From sequence record SRR20825006_430: a stretch of DNA of 34,113 nucleotides. One strand, 5' to 3'. This document shows positions 23,033 to 34,113 of the stretch, piece after piece. Each line of letters starts with the position of its first letter. Positions within the stretch are counted from its first letter, which is position 1. The position numbers and the translations under genes were made by a program. Under the pieces are notes generated by a model. It worked only from the letters and a program-made list of their open reading frames with translations, searched no databases and had not been told where the DNA came from.

Positions 23033-25603
23033 ATGGCGGTGACCCCGCTTCAAGAGGACACATATCCGCAACCAGCCGTTAAACGGTCCATGGGCAACCC
23101 TGGCCTTTGGCGCGTTGTTGTGTTGACGCTGTTTTTCATCGGTCTTGCAGTTGTCTATGCTTTTTACGGAGATCAAATCTCAGCTGACATCTTGTTGCTG
23201 GTGCTTGGGCTTTTGGCCGTGCTTGGCGTGTTCAGCCTGTTTGGCTTGGCCGCAGGTCTGTTTCGACTGTCTCATCATGATGATGGCCCCGCGCTGCAAA
23301 ATGCGATTGTGGACAGCCTAGATTATGGCGCCGTGGTTTCTGATCGCGATGGGCGCATTGTTTATGCCAATGCGGCCTATGGCGAATTGGTGGCTGGGTT
23401 GGACCGCACAGCGTTGGCCAGCGTGCCGCGTCTGTTTGCCAGTGCGCCAGAAGCAGCAGAGCCGATTTATCGCTTGTCCCGCGCGGCGCAAGAGGGGCGG
23501 CGCAGTGTTGAAGATATTCGCCTCACCACCACACTGACCGGTGAAAACCCGGATATGCCGATCTGGTATCGCGTGCGCGTACAATCTTTGCCAGCCGTCG
23601 ATCAGGCGGGCGGCAAAGCGCTGGTGATGTGGAGCGTTGAAGATATTTCACGCGACCGGGCCAAGCAGGAAAACATCTTTTTGGAATTGCAACGGGCGAT
23701 TGATTATCTCGATCATGCGCCTGCCGGTTTCTTTTCCACCAATGGCAGTGGGCAGATTCAATATTTGAACGCGACATTGGCCAATTGGCTTGGCTATGAC
23801 CTTGCCGAATTTGATACGGGGTCAATCCATCTTTCCGAAATTGTGCGCGGCGACGGGTCTGGCTTGTTGCTTGGCGGCTCGGCCGACGGACAGATCAAAA
23901 CCGAAATTATCGATATTGATTTCGTCAAGCGTGACGGGACTAACTTGCCTGTGCGTTTGTTGCACCGTGCGGCGCGGTTGGCCGAAGGTGATTTGGGCGA
24001 AACCCGCACTTTGGTGTTGGATCGATCTAAAGGCGCGGACCTATCCGAAGAATTGCGCACGGCGGAAGTCAAATTCTCGCGCTTCTTCAATGATACGCCA
24101 TTTGCGATTGCTGCTTTGGATTCAGAAGGTCGCATTTTGCGCACCAACGCGCCGTTTATGCGCACTTTCGACAATGAGCGCGGCGAACGGGCAACGGATC
24201 ATTTGCCATTGTTTGACTTTGTTGCGGATGATGCCAAGGCCAATTTGGTGACCGCATTGCAACAGGCCAATGCCAACCATTCGACCATTGAGCCGGTGGA
24301 TGCGGTGCTGAAAAGCGATAATGAGCGCAGCGTTCGGCTTTATATTTCTGGCATTGAGGACCCTGATGAGCAGGGTGAAAGCGCCATCGTGTATGCGCTG
24401 GACACTACGCAACAGCGGGTGCTTGAGCAGCAATTTGCGCAAAGCCAGAAAATGCAAGCCGTGGGCCAGCTGGCCGGTGGTATTGCTCACGATTTGAACA
24501 ATATTCTGACGGCCATTATTGGCTTCTCTGACCTGTTGTTGCTTAATCTGCGGCCTAACGATCCGTCCTTTAAAGATACGATGGAAATCAAGCAAAACGC
24601 CAACCGGGCTGCTGGCTTGGTGCGGCAGTTGCTGGCCTTCTCGCGTCGTCAAACCTTGCGGCTTGAGGTGTTGGAAGTCTCGCTTTTGGTGGACGACCTG
24701 ACCGTGCTGTTTAAACGCTTGATTGGCGACAGCATCAGCCTGAGTGTTGACCATGCGGCAGAGCTTTGGGCTGTGCGGGCAGACCATGTGCAGCTTGAGC
24801 AGGTGGTGATCAATCTGGTGGTGAATGCGCGTGACGCTATGCCAGATGGCGGGTCTGTTAAAATTCGCACCCGCAATGTGGCTGAGGCGGAAGCTGCCAC
24901 GTTCAATTATCGCGGCATGCCCGCGGCAGACTATGTGTTGATTGAAGTGGAAGACACCGGCACGGGCATGACCCAAGAGGTGATGGCGAAGATATTCGAG
25001 CCATTCTTCACCACTAAGGATATTGGCAAGGGCACAGGGCTTGGGCTTTCCACCGTTTACGGCATTGTGAAGCAAACAGGCGGCTTTATTTATGCGGATA
25101 GTGAGTTGGGCAGAGGCACAACTTTCCGCATCTTCCTGCCGAAATATGCCCATGTGGCGGGCGAAGCGGCAGAGCGCGCTTCAGTGCAAAAAGCGCGTGA
25201 TTTGACAGGCAAAGAGCGCATTTTGATCGTTGAAGATGAAGATAGCGTGCGGGCTTTCTCTGCGCGGGCTCTAGCTTCTGCGGGCTATGTTGTGCATGAG
25301 GCCGATAGTGGCGTGGAAGCGCTGGAAGTGCTGGAAGAAATTGATGGCGAGATCGAACTGCTGATTTCTGACGTGGTGATGCCGGAAATGGACGGCCCGA
25401 CCTTGTTGGGCGAGATGCGTCAGCGCTATCCGGACATTAAGGTGATCTTTGTTTCCGGCTATGCCGAAGAAAATGTGCGCAAGGGGCTTGAGGACGATGT
25501 GAGCGTCGACTTCTTGCCGAAGCCATTCTCTCTAAAACAACTGGCCGCGAAGGTGCGGGCGGTGCTGGAAGGTGAAAGCGATGACCCGGAAGAAGGGGAA
25601 TGA
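23033..25603 (+). CDS. cckA: Hybrid PAS histidine kinase CckA
   Basis: Two N-terminal TMs, PAS domains, H-box GGIAHDLNN, G-box GKGTGLGL and receiver ISDVVMPEMDGP, in the flhB-cckA-recA context. Confidence 0.93.
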   Translation: MAVTPLQEDTYPQPAVKRSMGNPGLWRVVVLTLFFIGLAVVYAFYGDQISADILLLVLGLLAVLGVFSLFGLAAGLFRLSHHDDGPALQNAIVDSLDYGAVVSDRDGRIVYANAAYGELVAGLDRTALASVPRLFASAPEAAEPIYRLSRAAQEGRRSVEDIRLTTTLTGENPDMPIWYRVRVQSLPAVDQAGGKALVMWSVEDISRDRAKQENIFLELQRAIDYLDHAPAGFFSTNGSGQIQYLNATLANWLGYDLAEFDTGSIHLSEIVRGDGSGLLLGGSADGQIKTEIIDIDFVKRDGTNLPVRLLHRAARLAEGDLGETRTLVLDRSKGADLSEELRTAEVKFSRFFNDTPFAIAALDSEGRILRTNAPFMRTFDNERGERATDHLPLFDFVADDAKANLVTALQQANANHSTIEPVDAVLKSDNERSVRLYISGIEDPDEQGESAIVYALDTTQQRVLEQQFAQSQKMQAVGQLAGGIAHDLNNILTAIIGFSDLLLLNLRPNDPSFKDTMEIKQNANRAAGLVRQLLAFSRRQTLRLEVLEVSLLVDDLTVLFKRLIGDSISLSVDHAAELWAVRADHVQLEQVVINLVVNARDAMPDGGSVKIRTRNVAEAEAATFNYRGMPAADYVLIEVEDTGTGMTQEVMAKIFEPFFTTKDIGKGTGLGLSTVYGIVKQTGGFIYADSELGRGTTFRIFLPKYAHVAGEAAERASVQKARDLTGKERILIVEDEDSVRAFSARALASAGYVVHEADSGVEALEVLEEIDGEIELLISDVVMPEMDGPTLLGEMRQRYPDIKVIFVSGYAEENVRKGLEDDVSVDFLPKPFSLKQLAAKVRAVLEGESDDPEEGE

Positions 25604-25782
25604 TCCGCACCATTTAGTGGGTGATTCCTTTTTCAGGGCGAGCTGACAATTTAAAGTTGCGACTGATTGTAACTAACGCACATGGTTAATTTGCATGTGT
25701 TTTTAGATCAAAAAAAGAACAAATCTCAAAAATGCATATAATTCAGTGACTTATCCTTATTGACAAAATCCGTAAAATATGA

Positions 25783-25797
25783 GAACAAATATAGTAC
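25783..25797 (+). promoter_or_regulatory. Alphaproteobacterial LexA (SOS) box
   Basis: GAAC-AAATATA-GTAC (GAAC-N7-GTAC) upstream of recA, downstream of TTGACA at 25760-25765. Confidence 0.85.
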
Positions 25798-25867
25798 AAA
25801 TTATATTTTTCCCCGGACCCGAATAAATTTGCATGGGCCAGCGGACTTTGGAATAAGGAGAAGGCAA

Positions 25868-26953
25868 ATGGCTAATTCACAACTTCGCGTGGTCGAAGGG
25901 GGATCTATGGATAAGAATAAGGCACTTGAAGCCGCGCTCTCTCAAATTGAGCGAAATTTCGGTAAAGGCTCAATTATGCGCCTTGGGGAAAATTCTGCTG
26001 TTGAAGTGGAATCGATCTCTACTGGGTCGCTTGGTTTGGATATTGCGTTGGGCATTGGTGGTTTGCCCCGTGGCCGTATTGTTGAAGTTTTTGGCCCCGA
26101 AAGTTCTGGTAAAACCACATTGACTTTGCACGCCATTGCGGAAGCGCAAAAGGCTGGCGGCATTTGTGCCTTTGTGGATGCGGAACACGCATTGGACCCT
26201 GTTTATGCACGCAAGCTTGGCGTGAATATTGATGATTTACTCATCTCTCAGCCGGATGCTGGTGAGCAAGCGCTAGAGATTGCCGACACATTGGTGCGTT
26301 CAGGTGCGATCGATTTGTTGGTTGTTGACTCGGTTGCCGCATTGACACCTAAGGCCGAATTGGAAGGCGAAATGGGCGACAGCTTGCCTGGTTTGCAAGC
26401 GCGCTTGATGAGCCAAGCAATGCGCAAATTGACCGCGTCCATTTCTCGCTCAAAAACCATGGTGATTTTCATCAACCAAATCCGGATGAAGATTGGTGTG
26501 ATGTTTGGTTCGCCAGAAACCACAACTGGCGGTAACGCGCTGAAGTTTTACTCATCTGTTCGTTTGGATATTCGCCGCATTGGCTCGATTAAAGATCGGG
26601 ATGAAGTGGTGGGCAACCAAACACGGGTGAAAGTGGTGAAGAACAAGCTTGCACCTCCATTCCGTCAGGTTGAATTTGACATTATGTATGGCGAAGGCAT
26701 TTCAAAGACCGGTGAGCTTTTGGACCTTGGGGTTAAAGCCGGTTTGGTGGAGAAATCTGGTTCTTGGTTCTCATACGACAGCCAACGCTTGGGACAGGGG
26801 CGTGAGAATGCGCGTCAGTTCTTGAAAGACAACCCGCAAATTGCATTTGAGATTGAAAGTGGTGTGCGGGAAAGTGCCGGCCTACTGACCGATAATATGA
26901 TTGCACCACCGCAACCAGAGCAGGCTGAAATTGAAGATCAGTCTGATAAATAA
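25868..26953 (+). CDS. recA: Recombinase RecA
   Basis: GPESSGKTT Walker [29 protein letters not shown] and an AAGGAG RBS before ATG 25868. Confidence 0.99.
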   Translation: MANSQLRVVEGGSMDKNKALEAALSQIERNFGKGSIMRLGENSAVEVESISTGSLGLDIALGIGGLPRGRIVEVFGPESSGKTTLTLHAIAEAQKAGGICAFVDAEHALDPVYARKLGVNIDDLLISQPDAGEQALEIADTLVRSGAIDLLVVDSVAALTPKAELEGEMGDSLPGLQARLMSQAMRKLTASISRSKTMVIFINQIRMKIGVMFGSPETTTGGNALKFYSSVRLDIRRIGSIKDRDEVVGNQTRVKVVKNKLAPPFRQVEFDIMYGEGISKTGELLDLGVKAGLVEKSGSWFSYDSQRLGQGRENARQFLKDNPQIAFEIESGVRESAGLLTDNMIAPPQPEQAEIEDQSDK

Positions 26954-26973
26954 ATAATCCTTGCTGACCTTAT

Positions 26974-27001
26974 AGGCGCCGAATATTTTCGGCGCCTTTT
27001 T
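26974..27001 (+). terminator. Intrinsic terminator after recA
   Basis: AGGCGCCGAA-TATT-TTCGGCGCCT followed by a T-run. Confidence 0.85.
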
Positions 27002-27111
27002 CTTTTCTATGCCTCTCAAATCCATGTGCTATTCAATTGCTGGACAGGTGGAGTTGTGGCGTGTAAAACCGCCTGAAGTTCTGACTATTTGTGCAAGGCC
27101 GACATAGATTT

Positions 27112-29766
27112 ATGACCAGCGTAAACGACATTCGATCCAAATTTCTTGATTACTTCAGTTCACATGATCATGAGTTGGTCGAAAGCGCGCCATTGGTGCC
27201 GCGCAATGATCCAACCTTGATGTTTGTGAATTCCGGTATGGTGCCGTTTAAAAATGTGTTCACCGGGGTAGAGAAGCGTGATTATAAACGCGCAACGAGT
27301 GCGCAAAAATGTGTGCGCGCGGGTGGCAAGCACAATGATTTGGACAATGTAGGTTTTACCGCACGTCACCACACCTTCTTTGAAATGTTGGGCAACTTCT
27401 CATTTGGCGATTATTTCAAAGAACAAGCTATCGAACATGCTTGGCAGACGGTGCACAAAGAATTCGCTTTGCCGAAGGATAAATTGCTGGTCACAGTTTA
27501 TCACGAGGACGATGAAGCATTTGATCTTTGGAAGAAGATTGCTGGTCTCACTGATGATCGGATTATTCGCATCTCCACAAATGACAATTTCTGGATGATG
27601 GGCGACACGGGGCCGTGTGGTCCATCTTCTGAGATCTTTTATGATCATGGCGATCACATCTGGGGTGGCCCTCCAGGAAGCCCAGAAGAAGATGGCGACC
27701 GCTTTATCGAGATCTGGAACTTGGTGTTCATGCAATATGAACAGCACGCCAATGGCGACCGTACAGATTTGCCACGGCCTTCGATTGATACCGGCATGGG
27801 CCTTGAGCGGATTGCGGCCGTATTGCAAGGCACACACGACAATTATCAAACTGATATGTTTAAGGCCTTGTTGGCCAGCGTCGCGGATGTAACTAACACT
27901 GATATTGGTGACAAGGGTGATCAAAGCCGCCGCGTGATTGCTGACCATTTGCGGTCCATGTCATTTTTGATTTCTGAAGGTGTTTTGCCGTCCAATGAAG
28001 GACGCGGCTATGTGTTGCGGCGGATCATGCGCCGCGCCATGCGCCATGCGACTTTGTTGGGTGCTAACGAGCCGGTGATTAACAAGCTTGTGGGTAGCTT
28101 GGTGCGTGAGATGGGGCAGGCTTATCCTGAGCTGTCGCGCGGTGAGGCAATGATCAAAGAAACGATCAAACTTGAAGAAGAGCGCTTCCTCAAAACCTTG
28201 AGCCGCGGCCTGCAAATTCTTGAAGATGAAACCAATGAGTTGAGTGAGGGCGCAACCCTTGATGGGGCGACTGCATTTAAGCTTTACGATACTTATGGTT
28301 TTCCACTGGATTTGACCCAAGATGCGTTGCGTCAACGCGGCATTGGTGTGGACCAAAAGGGCTTTGACGATGCGATGGCTGCACAAAAGGCCGAAGCGCG
28401 GAAAAACTGGTCAGGTTCTGGCGATGCTGCATCTGAGGCCGTTTGGTTTGCGATTGCTGATCAGAAAGGCACCACAGAGTTTCTCGGCTATGAAACTGAG
28501 CAAGCTGATGGTGAAGTTGTGGCCATTGTAAAAGATGGCGAGCAGGTTGAACAGTTAACAGCTGGCGAGAGCGGCATTTTGGTGTTTAACCAGACCCCGT
28601 TTTATGGCGAGAGTGGTGGCCAGGTTGGTGACACGGGCCGCGCTTTTGAAGAAGGCGTTGCTGCTACAATTTCTAACACCACGAAAAGTGCCGGCGTATT
28701 TGCGCACCATGCCAAAGTTGACGAGGGCACTGTGAAGGTGGGTGATGCGTTGCATCTGAGCGTCAATGATACGCGCCGTCAGTCCATCCGTGCCAATCAC
28801 TCAGCAACTCACTTGTTACACGAGGCATTGCGCGAAACATTGGGTGACCATGTGGCGCAAAAGGGCTCGATGGTTTCGCCTGATCGCTTGCGTTTTGACT
28901 TTTCGCACACCAAAGCTGTGGGCGCTGAAGAAATGCAGAAAATTGAGCATATGGCCAATGCGGTTATTTTGCAAAATAGCCCTGTTGAGACCCGTTTGAT
29001 GGCTGTTGATGATGCCATTGAGGCGGGGGCGATGGCGCTGTTTGGCGAGAAATATGGCGACGAAGTGCGCGTTGTTTCTATGGGCAAACCGCTCAACGAT
29101 AATAAATCAAACAAAGCCTATTCAATGGAGCTTTGCGGGGGCACCCATGTGCGGGCCACTGGCGAAATTGGCGTGGTTGCTGTTGTGGGTGAAAGCGCGG
29201 TGGCTTCTGGCGTGCGCCGGATTGAAGCGCTGACTGGTGATGCCGCACGGGCCTATTTTGCGGAGCAGGAAGCGCGGGTGCGCCAGATCGCGGATCGTCT
29301 GAAAGTTGCGCCAAAGGATGTTGTGACCCGGGTGGATGCGTTGATTGAAGAGCGGAAACAGCTTGAGAAACAATTGGCAGATGCGCGGCAGAAACTGGCC
29401 ATGGGCGGCGGCACTGGTGGCGGCAGTGAGATCGAAAAAGTTGGTGATTTCAACTTTATGGGTCGTGTTGCTGAAGGCTTGCCAAGCAAAGAACTGCGCG
29501 GGCTGGTGGACCAGGGCAAAGAGCAGATCAAATCAGGCGTTGTGGCGATTGTTGGCATCGGTGACGATGGCAAAGTTGGCGTTGCTGTAGGCGTGACCGA
29601 TGATTTGAAAGACAAGCTGAGCGCCGTTGATTTTGTGAAAATCGCTGTGGAGACACTTGGCGGCAAAGGGGGCGGCGGTCGCCCTGATATGGCGCAAGGT
29701 GGCGGGCCGAATGCAGATAAAGCGCAAGATGCTATTGATGCTGTTCGCGCTAAACTGGCCAACTAA
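27112..29766 (+). CDS. alaS: Alanine--tRNA ligase
   Basis: [38 protein letters not shown], editing-domain HSATHLLH and ELCGGTHV, and [15 protein letters not shown]. Confidence 0.99.
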   Translation: MTSVNDIRSKFLDYFSSHDHELVESAPLVPRNDPTLMFVNSGMVPFKNVFTGVEKRDYKRATSAQKCVRAGGKHNDLDNVGFTARHHTFFEMLGNFSFGDYFKEQAIEHAWQTVHKEFALPKDKLLVTVYHEDDEAFDLWKKIAGLTDDRIIRISTNDNFWMMGDTGPCGPSSEIFYDHGDHIWGGPPGSPEEDGDRFIEIWNLVFMQYEQHANGDRTDLPRPSIDTGMGLERIAAVLQGTHDNYQTDMFKALLASVADVTNTDIGDKGDQSRRVIADHLRSMSFLISEGVLPSNEGRGYVLRRIMRRAMRHATLLGANEPVINKLVGSLVREMGQAYPELSRGEAMIKETIKLEEERFLKTLSRGLQILEDETNELSEGATLDGATAFKLYDTYGFPLDLTQDALRQRGIGVDQKGFDDAMAAQKAEARKNWSGSGDAASEAVWFAIADQKGTTEFLGYETEQADGEVVAIVKDGEQVEQLTAGESGILVFNQTPFYGESGGQVGDTGRAFEEGVAATISNTTKSAGVFAHHAKVDEGTVKVGDALHLSVNDTRRQSIRANHSATHLLHEALRETLGDHVAQKGSMVSPDRLRFDFSHTKAVGAEEMQKIEHMANAVILQNSPVETRLMAVDDAIEAGAMALFGEKYGDEVRVVSMGKPLNDNKSNKAYSMELCGGTHVRATGEIGVVAVVGESAVASGVRRIEALTGDAARAYFAEQEARVRQIADRLKVAPKDVVTRVDALIEERKQLEKQLADARQKLAMGGGTGGGSEIEKVGDFNFMGRVAEGLPSKELRGLVDQGKEQIKSGVVAIVGIGDDGKVGVAVGVTDDLKDKLSAVDFVKIAVETLGGKGGGGRPDMAQGGGPNADKAQDAIDAVRAKLAN

Positions 29767-29788
29767 AATTTGTTGGTGAAGCAATTTG

Positions 29789-29818
29789 AAAGGGCCGCCT
29801 TATAGGGCGGCCTTTTTT
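29789..29818. terminator. Terminator between convergent alaS and DUF2254 genes
   Basis: GGCCGCC..TATA..GGCGGCC hairpin flanked by A- and T-runs. Confidence 0.8.
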
Positions 29819-29822
29819 GTGA

Positions 29823-31085
29823 TTAGCTGATCAGCAAATTGCTTAGCCTGTCTTTAAGCGCGGCTTTGTCATCAGCGAGCAATGGGCCCGTTTCGATATA
29901 GCTCAGATGCTTTTCGATGATGGGCTGTAGCGGTTCAGCAAATAAATCTTTGTTCGCGGCAATAAGATTTTCCATGCATTGCAAGATTGTTTGTTGAACA
30001 TCGAATATTTCGGCGCCGTCGCGCATCACTGGGACGAGCAATGTGTGCAGAATTCGGCTGAGCGGGACAGGTGCAATCCATAAATGCTCATATTTGGGTG
30101 TATCGATTTCTGCGGGCGTGATGTGCAGCAGAATGCGCAAGCCGCGATTGAGGCAATCCATTGCGGTGCCGGGGTCATTGATGGCTTTAGATAGGGCGCG
30201 TGTGGCCGTTTCTGCCAACACGACAAATCCGAACTCTGGGTCTTGGGCGAAAGTGCGCTCATTGGCCAAATGGAATGTGCGCTGCACTTTCTCTATGTCT
30301 TCTTCCTCCAATTTGGCAGAACTCCATGCCAACGGCATGGTGGGGCAGGCGAATGCGCCGGGCTGAGCCGTGAGAAAGATGCGTGCTTCGTGCTCTTCAG
30401 CGAGCTCATTCAGGGCGTTCAAATCGACATGCTGCACAAATTGCGGTTGGGACGCATAGATGGGCATCCAATCAGCTGTCTTTAGTTCGTCCTCCCGATA
30501 TGGATTGCAGCCTAAATGGGGATCAATTTGCCAATTTTCGAGGGTGGAAAGTGTGGCCTTTTCAACCCGGTTTAGCGTGTCAGGGATGCGGCCAAACACG
30601 CGAAGTAAGTCGATCCACCGAATGAACGAGGTGAAGATGATCACCAAGATCAGCAGGGTCATGGCCAATAGGACGATGCGACCACCCTGGTCATAAACGC
30701 CCATATGGAGTGCGATGATGCCGACTAGGGCGAAGATGAAAGACCCCAGGAATGTGGTGAGCACATTTTGAGAGGTTTTATCGCGCAGCAGTAGTTGGGT
30801 GGCACGGGGCGTGGTGGACTGGGCGGCGCCGTTCATCGCATTGGCCATGATGCCCAAAGAGAAGGTGGAGACCGCCAGCATGGATGAGGCGATGATGTTG
30901 AGAATGGGCTCAACAGATTTTGCGCCAAGCTCCCAAATCCAAGCCTCTGGTAAAATGGGGCGCAACAGAATAGCTGCCAATGCGGTGATGATTGCCAGAA
31001 GGGAAAATGCGGTGAGCCTGATCCAAATTTCAGAAAGCAATTGCTTGAACAAAAAGAAGAATTTGGACGCGAACATAAAGTGCAC
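29823..31085 (-). CDS. DUF2254-family membrane protein
   Basis: ILNIIASSMLAVSTFSL, TTPRA..LL..D...QNVL.TFLGSF and RTFAQDPEFG..VLAE.A.RALS.AINDPGTA. Confidence 0.85.
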   Translation of the reverse strand: MHFMFASKFFFLFKQLLSEIWIRLTAFSLLAIITALAAILLRPILPEAWIWELGAKSVEPILNIIASSMLAVSTFSLGIMANAMNGAAQSTTPRATQLLLRDKTSQNVLTTFLGSFIFALVGIIALHMGVYDQGGRIVLLAMTLLILVIIFTSFIRWIDLLRVFGRIPDTLNRVEKATLSTLENWQIDPHLGCNPYREDELKTADWMPIYASQPQFVQHVDLNALNELAEEHEARIFLTAQPGAFACPTMPLAWSSAKLEEEDIEKVQRTFHLANERTFAQDPEFGFVVLAETATRALSKAINDPGTAMDCLNRGLRILLHITPAEIDTPKYEHLWIAPVPLSRILHTLLVPVMRDGAEIFDVQQTILQCMENLIAANKDLFAEPLQPIIEKHLSYIETGPLLADDKAALKDRLSNLLIS

Positions 31086-31183
31086 TTTCAGCAGGTTGGC
31101 GGCTTAGATTTGACCAGTGTAGCTGGCTTACGCCAACCTGCAAATGGGCGAGTGCAAACTATTCTGTTATAGATTGCAGCGCT

Positions 31184-32176
31184 TTATCGTGCGTCCAGGG
31201 CTGGTTTGATCACCTCAAGCCGATTGGTCCAAATATATCCGTCGAAATTTTCGGGAATATAGTCCAACTGTTCAAGCTGATCGATGCCGGCGGTGCCTGA
31301 TTTAATGTCGGTTAGGTCCATGGGGCCAAGCAAGACTAGCCGTGAATTATGCTCGGCAAGCCTTTTGGTGAGGCGATGGGGCCAACCCCACATGGCGGGG
31401 GCGATGTTGGCTGGAACTGAGACCCATTTGTTGTGGCACTCTTCCGGCACATGGCCTGACCAACCGAGAGCAATATATTTCAAGAGGCAGGCCTTGGTGT
31501 CTTGTTTGCTATAGCCACCGAGGTCTGGCCTTTTGGCAATTGTTTCGGCAACGGGGCGTGCGCCGCCATAAACAGCAATGGTCATTTGATTGAGCTTCGG
31601 ATCATTTTCAAAATAATCGAGCAGCAATTTTGCTTCTTCAGGATCGTCGCTTTTGAAATTGATCAGCAATTTGGCGTCTGATGGCTGAACGTGCTCGATA
31701 AACTCGCTTAGCTCATAGAGTTGGCCAACAAATTTGCCGCGGAAAGGGAAGGTTTTTCCGTCGTCCGCGGTGTAGCCATAGCCCACATCGAGTTGGCGCA
31801 GATCTGCCATCATTTTGTCTCGGATCGGACCAGTGCCATTGGTGCGGCAATCTAATGTCCAGTCGTGGAAAACTGCCAGTTTATTGTCCTTCGTTGGGGC
31901 GATGTCGATCTCGACAATATCTGCGCCCATTTCGATGGCTGCATTGGTAGATTCTGGTGTGTTCTCTAGATAATCATGGCTGGGCGGGAATATGCGCTCG
32001 GCTGTGCAGGTTTGGTTGGTGAGGCCTTCACGATGGAAGGTTTGGTGCAGGCCGCGGTGGGCGATAAATTCAAGTTTCCCATTTGAGGATGGGCCTGCTA
32101 TCAGCGAACTATTCCATGCCCAGAGGCCAGTAACAGCACCAATAAACCCTAAAACGACCCAATATCTTTTGCGCAT
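31184..32176 (-). CDS. Glycerophosphodiester phosphodiesterase family protein
   Basis: N-terminal anchor, IAHRG, ENT, VEIDI and VFHD..LDCRTNG, with a GGAGG RBS before ATG 32176. Confidence 0.9.
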   Translation of the reverse strand: MRKRYWVVLGFIGAVTGLWAWNSSLIAGPSSNGKLEFIAHRGLHQTFHREGLTNQTCTAERIFPPSHDYLENTPESTNAAIEMGADIVEIDIAPTKDNKLAVFHDWTLDCRTNGTGPIRDKMMADLRQLDVGYGYTADDGKTFPFRGKFVGQLYELSEFIEHVQPSDAKLLINFKSDDPEEAKLLLDYFENDPKLNQMTIAVYGGARPVAETIAKRPDLGGYSKQDTKACLLKYIALGWSGHVPEECHNKWVSVPANIAPAMWGWPHRLTKRLAEHNSRLVLLGPMDLTDIKSGTAGIDQLEQLDYIPENFDGYIWTNRLEVIKPALDAR

Positions 32177-32249
32177 GGAACCTCCAATATCTGCTTGCTG
32201 CAGCATCTATCGGCGTGCTTTGCGGGCAAAATAGGGCAGAGATGGAAAG

Positions 32250-32275
32250 AAAAGGGCGCTGAGATGCAGCGCCCT
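32250..32275 (-). terminator. Intrinsic terminator after the DUF2807 gene
   Basis: AGGGCGCTG/CAGCGCCCT stem with a T-run on the minus strand. Confidence 0.75.
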
Positions 32276-32282
32276 GATTGTT

Positions 32283-33050
32283 CTAATGAACGGTGACTTC
32301 ACCGCCACTTGACGTGTTGTTGCGTGTCTCTGCTGGTGAGCCGTAAATGTTCACATCTGCGCCAGAGCTGGCGTCTGCAGTCACTTTGTTGCTGGCGAAA
32401 GCGCTTATGTCGCTGCCAGACGACGCGGAGATTTCAACGTCCGCACATTCCATGTTGCGCGCATCGAGATCAGAGCCAGCGCTGGCTTGAAGGTCGGCAT
32501 TTTCACATGAGCCGGACAGTTCAACATCGCCGCCAGCTGACGCGCGGGCTTTGATTGATTTTACGGCCAAATCTTTGCCGTGGAAATCAGCACCAGCGCT
32601 GCTGTGCAGGCTCAAACGGTCCAACTCGAAACCTTCAATGTAAAGATCAGAGCCAGCGGAAACATGTGCATCGGTGATGGTTGGCATTTGGATGCGAACC
32701 TTGGGGGAGGGGCCGCTGAACCAGTCAGTCAGGCTTTTGAAAATACCTTCTTCTTTGCGGTCGATTTTGAGGGCATTGCCATCTTGCTCGACGACGAGAG
32801 TTTCGAGGGTTTTTGCATCTTTCGCTTCAGCGGTGACGGTGAAGCTGTCGCCATAGGTGATATAGGCGTCAACAGATTCAGAAACGGTGACCATCGAGAA
32901 ATCTTTAAAGTCATATGTGCGCGTTTCTTGCGCGAATGCGGGCTGGCTGGCAACAACGAAAGCGCCGATGGCCAAGCCGAGTGCGGCCAAATGCGTTGTT
33001 TGGGCAGTATTGGATTTTTTGGCAATAAGTGTCTGGGAGGGACGAAACAT
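32283..33050 (-). CDS. DUF2807 (head GIN domain) beta-solenoid secreted protein
   Basis: Signal peptide ending AFA-Q, followed by repeated (A/S)S(A/S)G(S/A)D turns about every 19 aa. Confidence 0.85.
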   Translation of the reverse strand: MFRPSQTLIAKKSNTAQTTHLAALGLAIGAFVVASQPAFAQETRTYDFKDFSMVTVSESVDAYITYGDSFTVTAEAKDAKTLETLVVEQDGNALKIDRKEEGIFKSLTDWFSGPSPKVRIQMPTITDAHVSAGSDLYIEGFELDRLSLHSSAGADFHGKDLAVKSIKARASAGGDVELSGSCENADLQASAGSDLDARNMECADVEISASSGSDISAFASNKVTADASSGADVNIYGSPAETRNNTSSGGEVTVH

Positions 33051-33161
33051 AAATTCACCTTGTGTTCGATTGCCCTCCAAATATTGGGCAGATATCCGCG
33101 CATACAAGGGAATGTGGCGAGATTTAATAAGAAATTTTTGTGACAGAATCTCAGAAATGGA

Positions 33162-33194
33162 AAAGGCCGCGAAGACAAATGCTTCGCGGCCTTT
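33162..33194 (-). terminator. Intrinsic terminator after icd
   Basis: AAAGGCCGCGAAG/CTTCGCGGCCTTT inverted repeat. Confidence 0.85.
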
Positions 33195-33221
33195 CTTGAT
33201 TCAATGTATGAGCTTAGTAAT

Positions 33222-34113
33222 CTATTTGCTCATAGCTTTTTGCAGGTTCTCGTCAATGGCTTCCAAGAAACCAATTGTTGAGAGCCATTCTTGATCTGGG
33301 CCAACCAACAAAGCCAAATCTTTGGTCATTTGGCCACCTTCGATGGTGTCCACAACGGTTTTTTCCAAAGTTGCAGCAAAGTTTGCCAAAGCTTCATTGT
33401 CGTCCAGTTTCGCACGGTGGGCGAGGCCACGTGTCCACGCGAAGATAGATGCTGTTGAGTTGGTTGAAGTGGCTTCACCTTTTTGGTGCTGACGATAGTG
33501 ACGTGTCACTGTGCCGTGCGCCGCTTCAGCTTCAACAGTTTTGCCATCTGGTGACATCAAAACTGAAGTCATCAATCCAAGTGAGCCGAAGCCTTGTGCC
33601 ACTGTGTCTGACTGAACATCGCCATCATAGTTTTTACAGGCCCAAACATAGCCGCCAGACCATTTAAGCGCAGATGCAACCATGTCGTCGATCAAGCGGT
33701 GCTCGTACCAGATTTTGGCTTCTTCGAATTTCTCTTTAAATTCGGCTTCATAGACTTCTTGGAAGAGGTCTTTAAAGCGGCCATCATAGGCTTTCAAAAT
33801 GGTGTTTTTGGTGGACAAGTAGCAAGGCACTTTGCGGTTAAGCGCATAGTTCATGCTGGCGCGGGCGAAATCGCGGATTGAATCGTCCAAGTTGTACATG
33901 GCCATGGCCACGCCTGAGCTTGGTGCGTCAAACACTTCATGTTCGATTTCTGTGCCGTCTTCACCCACAAATTTCACAGACAATTTGCCTTTGCCTGGGA
34001 ATTTGAAGTCTGTCGCGCGATATTGGTCACCAAATGCGTGACGGCCAACGATGATTGGCTGTGTCCAGCCTGGAACCAAACGTGGCACGTTGCGGCAGAT
34101 GATCGGCTCGCGG
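33222..34113 (-). CDS. icd: NADP-dependent isocitrate dehydrogenase (5' part outside the window)
   Basis: [38 protein letters not shown] and [12 protein letters not shown]. Confidence 0.98.
   Translation of the reverse strand, partial: REPIICRNVPRLVPGWTQPIIVGRHAFGDQYRATDFKFPGKGKLSVKFVGEDGTEIEHEVFDAPSSGVAMAMYNLDDSIRDFARASMNYALNRKVPCYLSTKNTILKAYDGRFKDLFQEVYEAEFKEKFEEAKIWYEHRLIDDMVASALKWSGGYVWACKNYDGDVQSDTVAQGFGSLGLMTSVLMSPDGKTVEAEAAHGTVTRHYRQHQKGEATSTNSTASIFAWTRGLAHRAKLDDNEALANFAATLEKTVVDTIEGGQMTKDLALLVGPDQEWLSTIGFLEAIDENLQKAMSK

Noticed and set aside
24122-25153. 343-aa antisense ORF, plus similar long antisense ORFs over flgA, fliM, flhB and alaS
   Set aside because: They lie fully opposite well-conserved genes and show no recognisable motifs, consistent with codon-bias shadow ORFs.
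25760-25867. N-terminal extension of RecA in the ORF track, and likewise of the flgN-like (1934), alaS (27091), GDPD (32206) and DUF2807 (33107) ORFs
   Set aside because: For recA the extension overlaps the promoter and SOS box, and a good RBS precedes ATG 25868. The other genes also have better-supported downstream starts.
25983-25989. TTGGGGA inside recA, also at 6286-6292 and TCCCCAA at 6784-6790
   Set aside because: These are isolated coding-region hits at about the chance frequency, with no hairpin or RBS context.

Overview
This window is chromosomal DNA from an alphaproteobacterium of about 50% GC. The CtrA/CckA/FliX/FlbD-type flagellar genes and the alpha-type SOS box suggest Hyphomicrobiales, possibly Devosiaceae-like (inference). 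About 1-22900 is a Caulobacter/Bradyrhizobium-subpolar-type flagellar cluster: flagellin (partial), a hypothetical gene, flgN-like, flgJ, flgI, fliX, dksA, flgH-flgA-flgG-flgF, fliL-fliM-DUF6468/PflI-like-motE-large TPR gene, fliP-fliO and flgB-flgC-fliE-fliQ-fliR-flhB. It is followed by cckA, recA, alaS, a DUF2254 membrane protein, a GDPD, a DUF2807 protein and the 3' part of icd. Between dksA and flgH lie four non-flagellar genes: a permuted papain-like enzyme, an EcfG-promoter-driven coiled-coil protein, and a PecS-like MarR/DMT pair. The flagellar regulatory sites are unusually easy to read: CtrA boxes, sigma54 promoters, IHF sites and ftr/FlbD-like GGCA-N5-TGCC enhancers. The most striking unexplained signal is a roughly 90-nt two-hairpin element in the flgH 3' UTR. 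Its two identical loops (UUUCCCCAAUUU) and its linker (CUUCCCCAAA) are complementary to (AAA)UUGGGGA(A) boxes clustered in the translation-initiation leaders of flgF, flgI and fliE. It is a candidate 3'UTR-derived sRNA feedback circuit on basal-body genes. I saw no rRNA, tRNA, CRISPR array or mobile element.
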